Part shown: one piece after another, positions 35,373 to 45,280 of the stretch
How positions within the stretch are numbered: the stretch's first letter is position 1
Layout: each line of letters opens with the position of its first letter
Position numbers and translations under genes: made by a program
Assembly: GCA_963770895.1 (NCBI GenBank)
Contig: CAVYRF010000002.1
Coordinates: 3,392,001-3,456,000, forward strand
Length of the DNA stretch: 64,000 bases
Source of the DNA: an uncultured Acidobacteriota bacterium
GTDB taxonomy: Bacteria > Acidobacteriota > Thermoanaerobaculia > Multivoradales > UBA5704
Direction of reading: 5' to 3'
Notes under the pieces: model-generated
Seen by the model: only the letters and a program-made list of their open reading frames with translations
Database searches by the model: none
Told to the model about the DNA's origin: nothing

Positions 35373-37055
35373 TTAATGCCGTGCTCCGGCGGCCACCTGG
35401 GCGGCGCCCTGCACTGCGGAGCGATCCCATTCGATCAGGCCGTCCTTCATCTTGATCAGGCGGTCGGCCAGCGTGTAGTACTGATCGTCGTGGCTGATGA
35501 CAAAGACGGTCTTGCCCATGGCCTTGAGCTCCGGCAAGACCTCAAAATAGAAGATCGCCTTGAACTGCGGGTCCTGGTCCGCCGCCCATTCGTCGAAGAA
35601 GAAGATGGGCCGGTCCTCCAGGTAGGCGGTGAGCAGGGCCAGCCGCTTGCGCTGGCCCTGGGAGAGGTCCAGGGTCGAGATGACGCCGTCTTCGATGGTG
35701 ACCTTCCTGTCGAGCTGGAGGCGCTTGAGGTAGCCGCGCGCCGCTTCGTCCAGATTGACGCGTTCGAGCCCCATGAGGCTGTCGAACAGGTAGAAGTCGG
35801 TAAACACCGCGGCGAACATCTGGCGGTAGCCTTCGCGGTTGTCGCTGGTGATCGGCCGGCCGTCCACCAGGATCTCGCCGCCGTCCGGGATGTAGAGGCC
35901 GGCCAGCAGCTTGGCAAAGGTGGATTTGCCGCTGCCGTTGCCGCCGGTGACGAAGATCAGCTGGCCGGCCTCGAACTCCAGGTCGAGCGGTCCGATGTGA
36001 AAACGCTCGCCGGCGTCGTCGCCGGAGTATTGATAGAAGAGCTGTCTGAGCTCGAGCCGCTGCCAGGCCGGCGCGTCGCCGCGGTCGTCGGCCGAGGTTT
36101 CGACCGCCCTTTCGCTCAGGTCGATGCCCAGCCGATCGAGCTTGCGGACGGCGACGGCGGCGCGGCTGAAGTTGGGCAGCAGCTGGAAGATCGCCTCCAT
36201 CGGGCCGAGCATGTATAGCAGGCAGACGGTGAAGCCGGCGATCACGCGGGCGCCGACGTGCGAGCTGTCGCGGAAGCCGAAGATGATCAGACCGATGGCG
36301 ATGAAAAACAGCTGGTTGCCCCAGATCGTGGTGGCGATCAGCAGGTTGTTGCCGACGGCGGTCGAGCGGCGGATCTTTTCGCCGGTGGGGATCAACGCCG
36401 CGTCGATGAACGCCTGGCGGCGGCGGCGGTGGAGCTTCAGCTCCTTGGCGCCGTGGATCAGGCCGCGGAAGTGGGCAAACAGCTGGTCGGTGTGCTCACG
36501 CAGCTCGCGAAAGTGCTTTTGCGCGAGCCCCATGGCAAAGCTGTAGGTCAGGCTGCCGGCCACCATGAAGCCGAGCACCACAAGGAGCATGCGCCACGAC
36601 AGCCAGCCCATGTAGGCCAGGCAGGTCAGTACGATCGCCGACTGCATGAGCAGCACCGGGATCTGGGTCAGGGCGTTGGACAGTACGGTGATGTCGTCGG
36701 TCAGCGAGGCGAGCAGGCGGTGGCTGCCGATCTCTTCCATGCGGCGCAGCGGCGAAGCCAGGATGCGGCGGCACGACTGCAGGCGGGTTTCGAACATGGC
36801 GCGGGTTGCCAGGTAGTTGAAGATGCTCTGCGTCACCAGGCGGCTGACCGGCACCAGCACGGCGAGCGCGACAAAGCCGTAGAGCAGCCGAGGGTCGCGG
36901 TTGCCGGCGATCACGCTGCTGATGATGGCCAGCCAGGCGGTCAGGCCCAGGCCGCTGATCAGGCCGGTGCACAGCGCGGCGGCGATCTGCGCCCGCGACC
37001 GGCTGACGTTGCGCGACATGCGCAGCAGGTAGGAAATGAGCTTGGCGATCTCCAT
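35373..37055 (-). CDS. Cyclic peptide export ABC transporter (SyrD/PvdE/YojI family)
   Basis: Six TM segments, HGAKELKLH, Walker A GGNGSGKST, LSQGQRKRLAL signature and FDEWAADQDP. Confidence 0.92.
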   Translation of the reverse strand: MEIAKLISYLLRMSRNVSRSRAQIAAALCTGLISGLGLTAWLAIISSVIAGNRDPRLLYGFVALAVLVPVSRLVTQSIFNYLATRAMFETRLQSCRRILASPLRRMEEIGSHRLLASLTDDITVLSNALTQIPVLLMQSAIVLTCLAYMGWLSWRMLLVVLGFMVAGSLTYSFAMGLAQKHFRELREHTDQLFAHFRGLIHGAKELKLHRRRRQAFIDAALIPTGEKIRRSTAVGNNLLIATTIWGNQLFFIAIGLIIFGFRDSSHVGARVIAGFTVCLLYMLGPMEAIFQLLPNFSRAAVAVRKLDRLGIDLSERAVETSADDRGDAPAWQRLELRQLFYQYSGDDAGERFHIGPLDLEFEAGQLIFVTGGNGSGKSTFAKLLAGLYIPDGGEILVDGRPITSDNREGYRQMFAAVFTDFYLFDSLMGLERVNLDEAARGYLKRLQLDRKVTIEDGVISTLDLSQGQRKRLALLTAYLEDRPIFFFDEWAADQDPQFKAIFYFEVLPELKAMGKTVFVISHDDQYYTLADRLIKMKDGLIEWDRSAVQGAAQVAAGARH

Positions 37056-37108
37056 CGGTTCTCCTGGCGGCGAGCGCTGGCTGTCTGACGCGGCGGCCGC
37101 ACGTCACC

Positions 37109-38557
37109 TCACGTTTCCATGAGCACGGTCGAGGAATGGCGGCTGCGCTGCATCGTGTCGCGGAACACCCGGTCGTAGTTGTGCGACAACGCCAGGTACA
37201 GGTCGGCCACCGCGTTACCCGGTCCGGGGTTGCCGAAGAGCACCTCGGCGCCCCAGATGAGCCGCTGCTTCGCGCTGGCCCTCAAATAGCGCAGGCCGTG
37301 GCGGACGAACGCGAAGCGATCGCGCAGCCCTGCCCACTGGATGTTCTTCCACAGGAAGCTGGGGCTGGCGTAGGATTCGTGGTCCAGATTCGCCAGGTAG
37401 AACAGGTAAACCAGCATCGAGTTGATGCGGTAGTAGCGGTCGAGCGCCTTGCCGTAGTCGGCGAGCGGCGCGAGCCCTCCGGATTCGTCCTGGAGCAGGC
37501 GATCGAGGGGCTCGACCAGGGCGAAGGCGCTGTTGAAGGCGACCTGGAGGCCGGTGGAGAACACCGGGTCGATGAAGCCGGCGCTGTCGCCGACGATGAT
37601 CCAGCCGTTGCCGGAGTAGCGCTTGGAACGGTACGAGTAGTCCTTGACGCAGCGGAAGCGTTCGATGCGCCGCATGGTGGGGTTTTGCAGCAGATCGCCG
37701 ATGTAAGGGATGTCCTGTGCGTAGTCGTTGAAGATGGCTTCAAGGCTCTTTTCCTTGGCTGCGTCCTTGACCGTCTGCTGGCTGAGCACCACCCCCAGCG
37801 ACAGCACGTTCCTGGCGATCGGGATGTACCAGGCCCAGTCGCGGTGGTTGCGGTGGACGCACAGCTTGAAGTTGAGATCGCGGTCGGTGTTGGTGATTTC
37901 GATGTCGCCCTGCCAGTGGCTGAACACCGCCATCTTGTTCTCAAGCAGGGGGTCCGGGTACCAATTGTCCTTGAGCTGGTGGTTGATCACCGCTCCCTGT
38001 CCCGAGGCGTCGATGATCCAGCGGCCGTACGCGCGGTGGGTCGCTTCGGGGTCGTCGCCTGCCAGGTTCTTGTATTCGACGCCCACCGCGCGGTCGCCCT
38101 GGAAGAGCACGCGCTTGACCAGATGCTCTTCGCGCACGTCGACGCCGTGGCGGCGGGTGTTGCGCAGCAGCACTTCGTCGAGCGTGGCGCGCGCCATCTG
38201 GAAGGCGTAGGGCCGTTCGCCCGGCTCGTTGACCAGCTGGGACGAGAAATAGATTTTGCTGCTCTTGTCGTGGCGGACGAATTCGAGCCCCTTCTTCTTT
38301 ACAAAGTTTGCCGCCTTCAGCTCGTCGTAGACGCCCAGCTCGCGAAAGGCGGTCAACCCGAAGGCGGTGATCGATTCGCCGATGTGGAAGCGCGGAAAGA
38401 GCGCGCGCTCCAGCATCAGTACGCGATGCCCGCGCTTTGCCAGCATGGTGCCGCAGGTGGTGCCGGACGGACCGCCGCCGATGATCACCACGTCGAAGTG
38501 CTCGGCGGAATTACCGTTCGGGGACGGTAACGGAGATGGGTTGTCTGCCGTGGTCAT
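37109..38557 (-). CDS. FAD-dependent halogenase (carrier-protein/phenol-type flavin halogenase family)
   Basis: GGGPSG FAD motif, FPRFHIGES, WAWYIP (WxWxIP) and GDSAGFIDPVFSTG. Confidence 0.8.
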   Translation of the reverse strand: MTTADNPSPLPSPNGNSAEHFDVVIIGGGPSGTTCGTMLAKRGHRVLMLERALFPRFHIGESITAFGLTAFRELGVYDELKAANFVKKKGLEFVRHDKSSKIYFSSQLVNEPGERPYAFQMARATLDEVLLRNTRRHGVDVREEHLVKRVLFQGDRAVGVEYKNLAGDDPEATHRAYGRWIIDASGQGAVINHQLKDNWYPDPLLENKMAVFSHWQGDIEITNTDRDLNFKLCVHRNHRDWAWYIPIARNVLSLGVVLSQQTVKDAAKEKSLEAIFNDYAQDIPYIGDLLQNPTMRRIERFRCVKDYSYRSKRYSGNGWIIVGDSAGFIDPVFSTGLQVAFNSAFALVEPLDRLLQDESGGLAPLADYGKALDRYYRINSMLVYLFYLANLDHESYASPSFLWKNIQWAGLRDRFAFVRHGLRYLRASAKQRLIWGAEVLFGNPGPGNAVADLYLALSHNYDRVFRDTMQRSRHSSTVLMET

Positions 38558-38647
38558 CTTGAATCTCCAGCTGCGGCGCGCCGAGGGCGAAAGCCCGGAG
38601 CTTGGAACGGGCGCCGCGGCAGCCCTTGGCGCAGCAAATCCAACAAA

Positions 38648-38676
38648 ACTATATCAAGTAATGATGACTATGTCAA
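38648..38676 (-). promoter_or_regulatory. sigma70 promoter for the halogenase-exporter-ACAD operon
   Basis: Minus strand reads TTGACA, 17 nt, TATAGT, with TG of an extended -10. Confidence 0.8.
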
Positions 38677-38758
38677 TACACTCATATGCGCCTGAGTCTT
38701 GGCGCGGGCTGCCCGCAAGCTGCCGTCCGCAGGCATACCCCTGTATGTATATGTGAAG

Positions 38759-38787
38759 TTGCAAAATTATTTAGGATTGAATATGAT
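38759..38787 (+). promoter_or_regulatory. sigma70 promoter for the hypothetical gene at 38862
   Basis: TTGCAA, 17 nt, TATGAT in an AT-rich divergent region. Confidence 0.7.
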
Positions 38788-38861
38788 TTGTTCATGCGGT
38801 GCGCGCTGGCGCGGGCGGCGGTCGGAATGGGCAGCAGGGACACGCTGACCGGTGCGCCGCC

Positions 38862-40418
38862 ATGACCCAACCCATCCAGGAAACCGTGCAGCGCGGCGTC
38901 GGGAGCGAGCCGCCGAGCGTGGACGAAGATCTGGTGCGCCACGGCCTCGCCATGCGGCCGGTGCTCGCGGCCCTGCTGCGCGAATCCGGCGAGCTGCCGC
39001 TGCTCGACTACGCGGCGGGCTTTTTCACCCGCGGCGGGCCGCCGGTCTCACCGGTGGGCCTGGCCGTGGTCGAGCGCGCGGCGGGGCGGCTTTTCGGCGC
39101 CCGCGCCGGCGCCGAAATCGCCGCCCAGCTGCGCTGCCAGCCGGCGATCAACACCGCCGAGCACCTGGCGCCGATGTTCCATCCGCGGCGCTTCCAGAGC
39201 AACCTGCTGGGCGCCTATGCCGCCGCCGAACAGGGAGCGGCCTGCATGCCGGTGTTGGCCTGCTCGAACATCTCGCTGTCCAATTCGTCCCATCCGCGCG
39301 GCATCTTCTGGAATCAGCAGCCGCTGCAACTCATCCCCCGCAACCCCCATGGAACCGTCCACACCTGGCCTGCCGTCGAGCGCCAGGTCTTCCTGGACCT
39401 GCCCGCGGCGGCCCGCGTCGCCGCCGGCATGGCGTACCTGACGGCGGCCGTGCCGCAGCTCGCGGCCCTACCGGTCGGTGAGCAGCGCAACCGGGTGCGC
39501 AAGCGGCTCGCCGGGGCGCTCAAGGAGCTGTCCGGCAACCCGGCCAAACGGCTGCCCAGCACCGAGCTGCCCGAGCAGGTGCAGGCGCTGCTGCGCGCGG
39601 CGCTGCCTGGGGCGCGCGCGACGGGCGCCGCCCAAGAGATCGAGGTGCGGACCTGCCTGGTCGAGGCGCTGCCTCCTGAGCTCTTTGCCGAGCCGCGCTA
39701 CATCCACCAGGTCTGCCGCTTGAACGGCGCGCTGTGGGAGCGCGCCATGGGCGGCCGCCTGCCGCGGCTCATCTATCTGCCGATGGAAGAGATCTCCACG
39801 GCTCTGCTGCGCTACGCGCTGCGCGATCCACACGACCCGCTCCATGCGATGCTGCTGAATGCGGACGCCCGTGCTCTCGCCTTGGACCTGTTTGCCGATC
39901 TGCCCTACGCCTGGTCCGAGTCCGGAGGTACGCATTTCTTCTGGCAGCTGGGGCCCAAGGGGCAGAGGTTCCCAATGCGCCACGACGGCGCCGCCCTCTG
40001 CGGACAGGGCTGTCGCATCGAGTTGCGGCAAAACGGCCTGCTGGACGCCCTGGACGCCCTCGCGATCGTACCGGCGACCCTGCTGCAAATGCTGCTGCTG
40101 GTCCACCACGGCTTCCGCTGCCTGGGCGGCTTCAATCAGATCCAATTTCTGCCGGCGATGCGCCGACAGATGCGCGAGTTCTGCCGTCAGACCGGCCGCG
40201 CCGCGGTCGCCGACGAACGCTACGATGCCGAGCTGCCGAGCGACTTTCTGGCCGGTCCCCTCTTCTGGTGGCGCGGCGCACCCGAGGCCCCGGCCTCGCT
40301 GGACACCTTCCTGCGCCAACCCGAGCGCAGCCGCGAAGAAGCGGCCTGCGCCGTCCGCCGTCTGAGCCTGCGCAGCGCCACCCTGCTGGGTCTGCCCGAC
40401 CTGATCCAGCTGCTCTGA
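38862..40418 (+). CDS. Hypothetical protein with enzyme-like motifs, about 518 aa
   Basis: Long ORF with GC3-biased codons and its own promoter. Motif-like blocks INTAEHLAPMFHP, CSNISLSNSSHPRG, GGTHFFW and CLGGFNQIQFL. Confidence 0.75.
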   Translation: MTQPIQETVQRGVGSEPPSVDEDLVRHGLAMRPVLAALLRESGELPLLDYAAGFFTRGGPPVSPVGLAVVERAAGRLFGARAGAEIAAQLRCQPAINTAEHLAPMFHPRRFQSNLLGAYAAAEQGAACMPVLACSNISLSNSSHPRGIFWNQQPLQLIPRNPHGTVHTWPAVERQVFLDLPAAARVAAGMAYLTAAVPQLAALPVGEQRNRVRKRLAGALKELSGNPAKRLPSTELPEQVQALLRAALPGARATGAAQEIEVRTCLVEALPPELFAEPRYIHQVCRLNGALWERAMGGRLPRLIYLPMEEISTALLRYALRDPHDPLHAMLLNADARALALDLFADLPYAWSESGGTHFFWQLGPKGQRFPMRHDGAALCGQGCRIELRQNGLLDALDALAIVPATLLQMLLLVHHGFRCLGGFNQIQFLPAMRRQMREFCRQTGRAAVADERYDAELPSDFLAGPLFWWRGAPEAPASLDTFLRQPERSREEAACAVRRLSLRSATLLGLPDLIQLL

Positions 40419-40538
40419 CGGCGTGCCGGTTGGCGCTGCACAGTGGAGATCTGCAGCTGGGTCACCGGCGTGCCGGGGGTATGCCTGCGAGTGTCCGCTT
40501 GCCTGGTGTCTGCGTTCTATATAAAATCCGCGTTATCC

Positions 40539-42155
40539 ATGATGGTGACGAGTTCCCAGACTGAGTGGGAACGGCAGCTGACCGCTTCCACCGCGTCCGC
40601 TGCGGACCGCCCGGTCCGCCTTCCGGAGCTGCTGGTTCCGGCGCTGACGGTCCTGGCGCACCCCGACCTGCGGCGGGTGGGGGAGCGCGTCCTGCTGCCG
40701 GCCCTGGGATCTGGGCGGACGGTACCGCTGTCGCGCCTGTCGCCGCTGTTCGCGCAACCCGGAAACCAGGTGGCGAGGCCGCTTGCCGAGCCCCACTTGA
40801 GCAGGCGCCCGATCCATCTGTCCCCTTCGGACGGCCAGCCGGGCTCGCTCCGCCTGGTGGTGCCGGGCGGAGGCCGGCCGATTGAGGTCCTGGGTGCCCC
40901 GTCGCCGGACGAAATTGCGCCCGCCGACCTCCACCGCGGCGTTGTGCTCCTGTGGGCCGATCGCGTGGCGCTGCTCCTCCACCTGCTGCCGTCGGGCGTG
41001 CCCCGCGAAGTCGAGCGCTTCGGCATGATCGGCGAAAGTGCCGCCCTGAACCGCCTGTGCGCCGAGATCCGGCGAGTCGCGGCAGCCGCGACTCCCGTCC
41101 TGCTGTGCGGCGAAACCGGCACCGGCAAGGAGCTGGTGGCCCACGCGATCCACGCCGCCGGGCCGCGCCGCGCCGGCCCCTATGTCACCCTCAACCTGGG
41201 CGCGATCCCACCGGCCCTTGCCGCCGCGGAGCTCTTCGGCGCTGCCCGCGGCGCCTTCACCGGCGCAGACCGGAGGCGAGCCGGCCACTTCGAGCGTGCC
41301 GCGAGCGGCACGCTGTTCCTGGACGAGATCGGCGAGGCGCCGCCGGAGGTCCAGGTGCTGCTGCTGCGGGCGCTGGAGTGCGGCGAGATCCAGCCTGTCG
41401 GGTCCGAGGCGCCGCTGCGCGTCGAAGTGCGCTGCGTTGCCGCCACCGACGCCGACCTCGAGGCGGCCGCCGCCCGCGGTGGGTTCCGCGCTCCCTTGCT
41501 GCATCGCCTGCGCGGCTTCGAGATCCGCATGCCGGCGCTGCGCCAACGCCGGGACGACGTCGGCCGGCTCCTGGTGAGCTTCCTGCGCCAGGAGCTTGCG
41601 GCACTGGGCCGCGACGGCCTGCTCGTCACCGCGAGCCCGCACGGCCGGCCGTGGTTGCCCGCGGGCCTGGTGGCGCGCCTGGCCGTCCACGAATGGCCCG
41701 GCAACGTGCGCGAGCTCAGAAACGTCGCGCGCCACCTGGCGGTGAGCTGCCGCGACGCCGATCAGGCCGAGCTGCCGGAAGGATTGCTCCAGGCACCCGC
41801 CGCCGCCAACAACGAGGAGCTTTCCCAGCCGGCGGCGCCCACCGGCTGGCGCCCGCCCCGGCGGCGCGCGGAGTACCGCCCCGGCTCCGAGATCGCGCAC
41901 CCCGAACTGCTGGCGGCGCTGCGCGCCTGCCGCTTCAACCTGGCGGCCGCCGCGGCAGCGTTGCGCATCTCGCGCTCTTCGCTCTATGCCCTGCTCGCGC
42001 GCCATGGCGGGGTCCGCAAGGCCGGAGACCTGACCCGGGTCGAGATCGCCGCCGCCTTGGAGCGTTCGGGCGGCGACCTCGACGCGGCCGCGGACGCGCT
42101 GGCGGTTTCGCCGCACGGACTCAAGATTCGCTGTACCGAGCTGGGGAGAAACTGA
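40539..42155 (+). CDS. sigma54-dependent enhancer-binding protein (FHA-like N-terminus, AAA+, two Fis-type HTHs)
   Basis: GETGTGKE, ELFG..RGAFTGA, LFLDEIG and WPGNVRELRN. Two C-terminal HTH-like segments. Start codon uncertain. Confidence 0.9.
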   Translation: MMVTSSQTEWERQLTASTASAADRPVRLPELLVPALTVLAHPDLRRVGERVLLPALGSGRTVPLSRLSPLFAQPGNQVARPLAEPHLSRRPIHLSPSDGQPGSLRLVVPGGGRPIEVLGAPSPDEIAPADLHRGVVLLWADRVALLLHLLPSGVPREVERFGMIGESAALNRLCAEIRRVAAAATPVLLCGETGTGKELVAHAIHAAGPRRAGPYVTLNLGAIPPALAAAELFGAARGAFTGADRRRAGHFERAASGTLFLDEIGEAPPEVQVLLLRALECGEIQPVGSEAPLRVEVRCVAATDADLEAAAARGGFRAPLLHRLRGFEIRMPALRQRRDDVGRLLVSFLRQELAALGRDGLLVTASPHGRPWLPAGLVARLAVHEWPGNVRELRNVARHLAVSCRDADQAELPEGLLQAPAAANNEELSQPAAPTGWRPPRRRAEYRPGSEIAHPELLAALRACRFNLAAAAAALRISRSSLYALLARHGGVRKAGDLTRVEIAAALERSGGDLDAAADALAVSPHGLKIRCTELGRN

Positions 42156-42158
42156 GCC

Positions 42159-44801
42159 ATGCTGCCCCGCCGGGTGGGTCCTTACCGGCTGGAGCAACTG
42201 CTGGGCAAGGGCGGCATGGGTGTCGTCTACGCCGCCTGGGACGAGCGGCTCGACCGGCGCGTCGCCCTCAAACAGATCCGGCCCGAGGTGGCCGCGGACT
42301 CGCTGCGACGCGAGCGCTTCCGGCGCGAGGCTCGCGCCCTGGCCCGGCTCGACCACCCCGCCATCGTCCGCATCCACGACCTGCTCGAGACCGCGGAGGG
42401 CGATTGGCTGGTGCTGCAGTACGTCGAGGGCCCGACGCTCGCAGAGCTCCTGCGCCGGGGACCGCTGCCCGGCAGCCAGGTGGTTGGCCTGGCGCGGGAC
42501 ATCCTGGGAGCCCTGGAGGCGGCGCACTCGCGCGGCCTGCTCCACCGCGACCTCAAGACCGAGAACGTGATGCTCGCGCCGACCGGTCATGCGATGGTCC
42601 TGGACTTCGGCCTCGCCAAGCTCCTTGCCCCCGAAACCGGCGCAGCGGCCGGCGAGACCCTCGCCGGCACCGGCGGCGTCGTCGGCACCTATCGCGCCAT
42701 GTCGCCCGAGCAGGCCAACGGGCGCGCGCTCGATGCCCGGTCGGACCTGTTTTCTCTGGGTGTCCTGCTCTACGAGGCGGCGACCGGCACCTCGCCGTTC
42801 CAGGCCGCGACGCCGGTCGCCACCCTGACCCTGGTCTGCACTCACCTCCAGGCGCCCACCAGCGAGCTGATCCCCACGCTCCCCGAGCCGCTTGCGACGC
42901 TGATCGACTCGCTGCTCGAGAAGGACCTTGAGCGGCGGCCGCGCAGCGCAGCCGCGGCGCTGGCGCGTCTCGACGATTCGCCCACCACCGCCGCGTACCC
43001 GCAAGCTCCTGCCGCCGCGACCCTGGCGCCGGCGCCTCAGCGCTTGCACGCTCGCCCGTGGCTTCCCACCCTGCCGCGGGCCTTGGATGGCAGGCCGTCG
43101 TACGCCGCTCTCGGCGGCTGGCGCACCCGCCGGTGGCCGTGGGCCGCAGGCCTGCTGCTGCTGGTGGCGGCCGGCCTGCTGCTGGCCTGGTGGTTGCGTG
43201 TTCCGGGCGCGCGGCGCGAACCGCTCTACGTCGCCGTTGCCAGGCCGGAAATCGGGCTCGGCGCCGCCCGGGAGGAGGTGGTGCTGGCCGGCGCCGCGCT
43301 CCAGGCGGCTTGCCTGCGGGCGCTCGCTTCGCTGAAAGGGGTCGCGGCGCTACCTCCCGGCGCCGTGGATCCCGGCGAGCGGCCCTTGACTCCCCGGCGG
43401 CTGGCGCAAATCCTGGCCGCGGACCAGGTTGTCACCGCGACCCTCAATTGTCAGTCTCACCAGTGCCAAGCCGTGCTCCGCCGGCAGCAGGGCAGCGACG
43501 GCAGGATCGTTGCGAGCACGATGCCTTTCGAGGTGCCTCTGGACGACCCGCACCTGCTCGACGCCGCCGTATCGACCTATCTGAAACCGCTCTTCCCCGA
43601 ACATCGCTTGCGGCCGGAGTCTTCGCCGCTCCAGGTGCGCGGCGAGGACTACCAGCGCTTCCTGCGCGTCCAGCGACTTTGGAACGAGCAGCGGCCGGCC
43701 GATCTGCAACCGCTCCTGGCCGACCTGGACCGGGTGCGATCCGGCTCGCCCCTGTTCATCGACGCCTACGTGCTGGAAGCGAGCCTCGAGGGCTATCGCG
43801 CCTTCCAGACCCGCGACCCACTGTACGTCGAACAGGCGTTCAACCTGATTGCCCAGGCGCGGCGGCTGGCGCCCGCCGACGCGCAGACGTTGGTCAGCTG
43901 GTTCGGCGTCGCGATGAACACCGGGCGCTTCGACGAGGCAGAAAAGGCGCTGCACGAAATCGAGCTGCGCCTGCCCGGGGACGTGCGGACCCTGCAGCGC
44001 CGGGCGCTGCTGCGCGAGCACCAGGGCGATCGACGGCATGCCCTGGAGCTGCTGCGCACCGCGGTGTGGCGCCACCCCAGCGCCGCATATCTGACCGATC
44101 TGGCCAACATGGAAATGCGGCAAGGAGAGATCCCGGCGGCCCGCGCCACGATGGAGGAGCTGCTGCGGCGTGTTCCCGAGGACCACGCCGGCCAGAACCT
44201 CCTGGCCGGGCTCGAGCTGAAAGCGGGCAACATGGAACGAGCTACCACGCTGTACGCCCGCATGGCCGGCAGCCGGCCGAGCTTCGGCGTGCTATCCAAC
44301 CTGGCTTTCGCCCAGCTGCTGCTGGGCCGCTACGGCGAGGCGGCCACGAACTATCGGGCCGCCTATGCCTTGGCCCCCACCAGCTATGCCGCCAGCCTCA
44401 ACCTGGGCGATGCCGAGCTGCTCCGGGGCCAGCCGGCGGCGGCCCGCGCGCTCTACCGGCAGGCGCTCGCCCAGGCGGCACAGGATCCGGGGCGAGACGC
44501 ACCGCCCGCGCTCGTCGCCGCGGCGCAGGCGGAGGCGCACCTCGGACGCGGGTTCGAGGCGGCCGCCACCATCGAGCGAGCGGTGGTCGCAGCGCCCAAC
44601 GATCCCGAGATCGCCTTTTACGCCGCCCTGGTCTACGCCTTGATCGGCGAAACCGCCTCCGCCACCGCCAGTGCCGGCCGCTCCCTGGCCGGAGGCATCA
44701 ACGCCGGCTGGTTTTCCTTGCCTTGGTTTGACGAGCTACGGAAGTCGCCGGAGTTTCTTCGCCTCCTGGGCAAGGCGGCGGCTGCACCGGCCCCTCGTTG
44801 A
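42159..44801 (+). CDS. Membrane Ser/Thr protein kinase with extracytoplasmic TPR region
   Basis: GKGGMGVV, VALK, HRDLKTEN, DFG and MSPE motifs. TM segment WAAGLLLLVAAGLLLAWWL, then TPR-like helical repeats. Starts 3 nt after the activator stop. Confidence 0.92.
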   Translation: MLPRRVGPYRLEQLLGKGGMGVVYAAWDERLDRRVALKQIRPEVAADSLRRERFRREARALARLDHPAIVRIHDLLETAEGDWLVLQYVEGPTLAELLRRGPLPGSQVVGLARDILGALEAAHSRGLLHRDLKTENVMLAPTGHAMVLDFGLAKLLAPETGAAAGETLAGTGGVVGTYRAMSPEQANGRALDARSDLFSLGVLLYEAATGTSPFQAATPVATLTLVCTHLQAPTSELIPTLPEPLATLIDSLLEKDLERRPRSAAAALARLDDSPTTAAYPQAPAAATLAPAPQRLHARPWLPTLPRALDGRPSYAALGGWRTRRWPWAAGLLLLVAAGLLLAWWLRVPGARREPLYVAVARPEIGLGAAREEVVLAGAALQAACLRALASLKGVAALPPGAVDPGERPLTPRRLAQILAADQVVTATLNCQSHQCQAVLRRQQGSDGRIVASTMPFEVPLDDPHLLDAAVSTYLKPLFPEHRLRPESSPLQVRGEDYQRFLRVQRLWNEQRPADLQPLLADLDRVRSGSPLFIDAYVLEASLEGYRAFQTRDPLYVEQAFNLIAQARRLAPADAQTLVSWFGVAMNTGRFDEAEKALHEIELRLPGDVRTLQRRALLREHQGDRRHALELLRTAVWRHPSAAYLTDLANMEMRQGEIPAARATMEELLRRVPEDHAGQNLLAGLELKAGNMERATTLYARMAGSRPSFGVLSNLAFAQLLLGRYGEAATNYRAAYALAPTSYAASLNLGDAELLRGQPAAARALYRQALAQAAQDPGRDAPPALVAAAQAEAHLGRGFEAAATIERAVVAAPNDPEIAFYAALVYALIGETASATASAGRSLAGGINAGWFSLPWFDELRKSPEFLRLLGKAAAAPAPR

Positions 44802-45165
44802 TGAAGACCGGGTCCGGTGAGGAGATGAGCGCGCCGCCAAACGCCACGGTGAGCTTGAACCCGTGCGTCATGTCCTGCGGCGAGGAGTTGAAGTCCCAGA
44901 GCGAGAAATTCGAGCTGTTGACCTGGTGGCACAGAAACCAGGGCGGCGGCATGACCGGCTCCTCGCTGGTGACGTCGAACCATTGCATCGGATAGCTCGG
45001 AAAGGTCGCCCCGGCGTCGGTCGATGCCTCGTCGAGGGTGAACGTGATCAAACTGATGTCTTGGCCCGGCAGGCTGATGGGGAACGGCGCCGGCGCGTCG
45101 TCGAGCGTAATGGTGATCGTTAATGCGGTGGTGTCTAACGTCACCGTCAAAGGCCAGATCTCCAT
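44698..45165 (-). CDS. Small acidic beta-rich protein, DP-EP family-like
   Basis: Strong RBS AAAGGAGGAGAGG before ATG 45165. C-terminal ISSPDPVFINEGP motif. A sigma54 promoter lies directly upstream. The 3' tail overlaps the kinase gene convergently. Confidence 0.7.
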   Translation of the reverse strand: MEIWPLTVTLDTTALTITITLDDAPAPFPISLPGQDISLITFTLDEASTDAGATFPSYPMQWFDVTSEEPVMPPPWFLCHQVNSSNFSLWDFNSSPQDMTHGFKLTVAFGGALISSPDPVFINEGPVQPPPCPGGEETPATSVARQTKARKTSRR

Positions 45166-45210
45166 GTCCTCTCCTCCTTTTGATTGGTTGTTGGCTGCGC
45201 TTGCGCTACG

Positions 45211-45227
45211 AGCATAGGGCGTGCCAG
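45211..45227 (-). promoter_or_regulatory. sigma54 (-24/-12) promoter for the DP-EP-like gene
   Basis: Minus strand CTGGCACGCCCTATGCT, with GG-N10-GC spacing. Confidence 0.75.
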
Positions 45228-45280
45228 GTGTGCGCCGCTGGGCGCTGCGCACCGGGATCTACCACTTTCTAATCGAGCGA

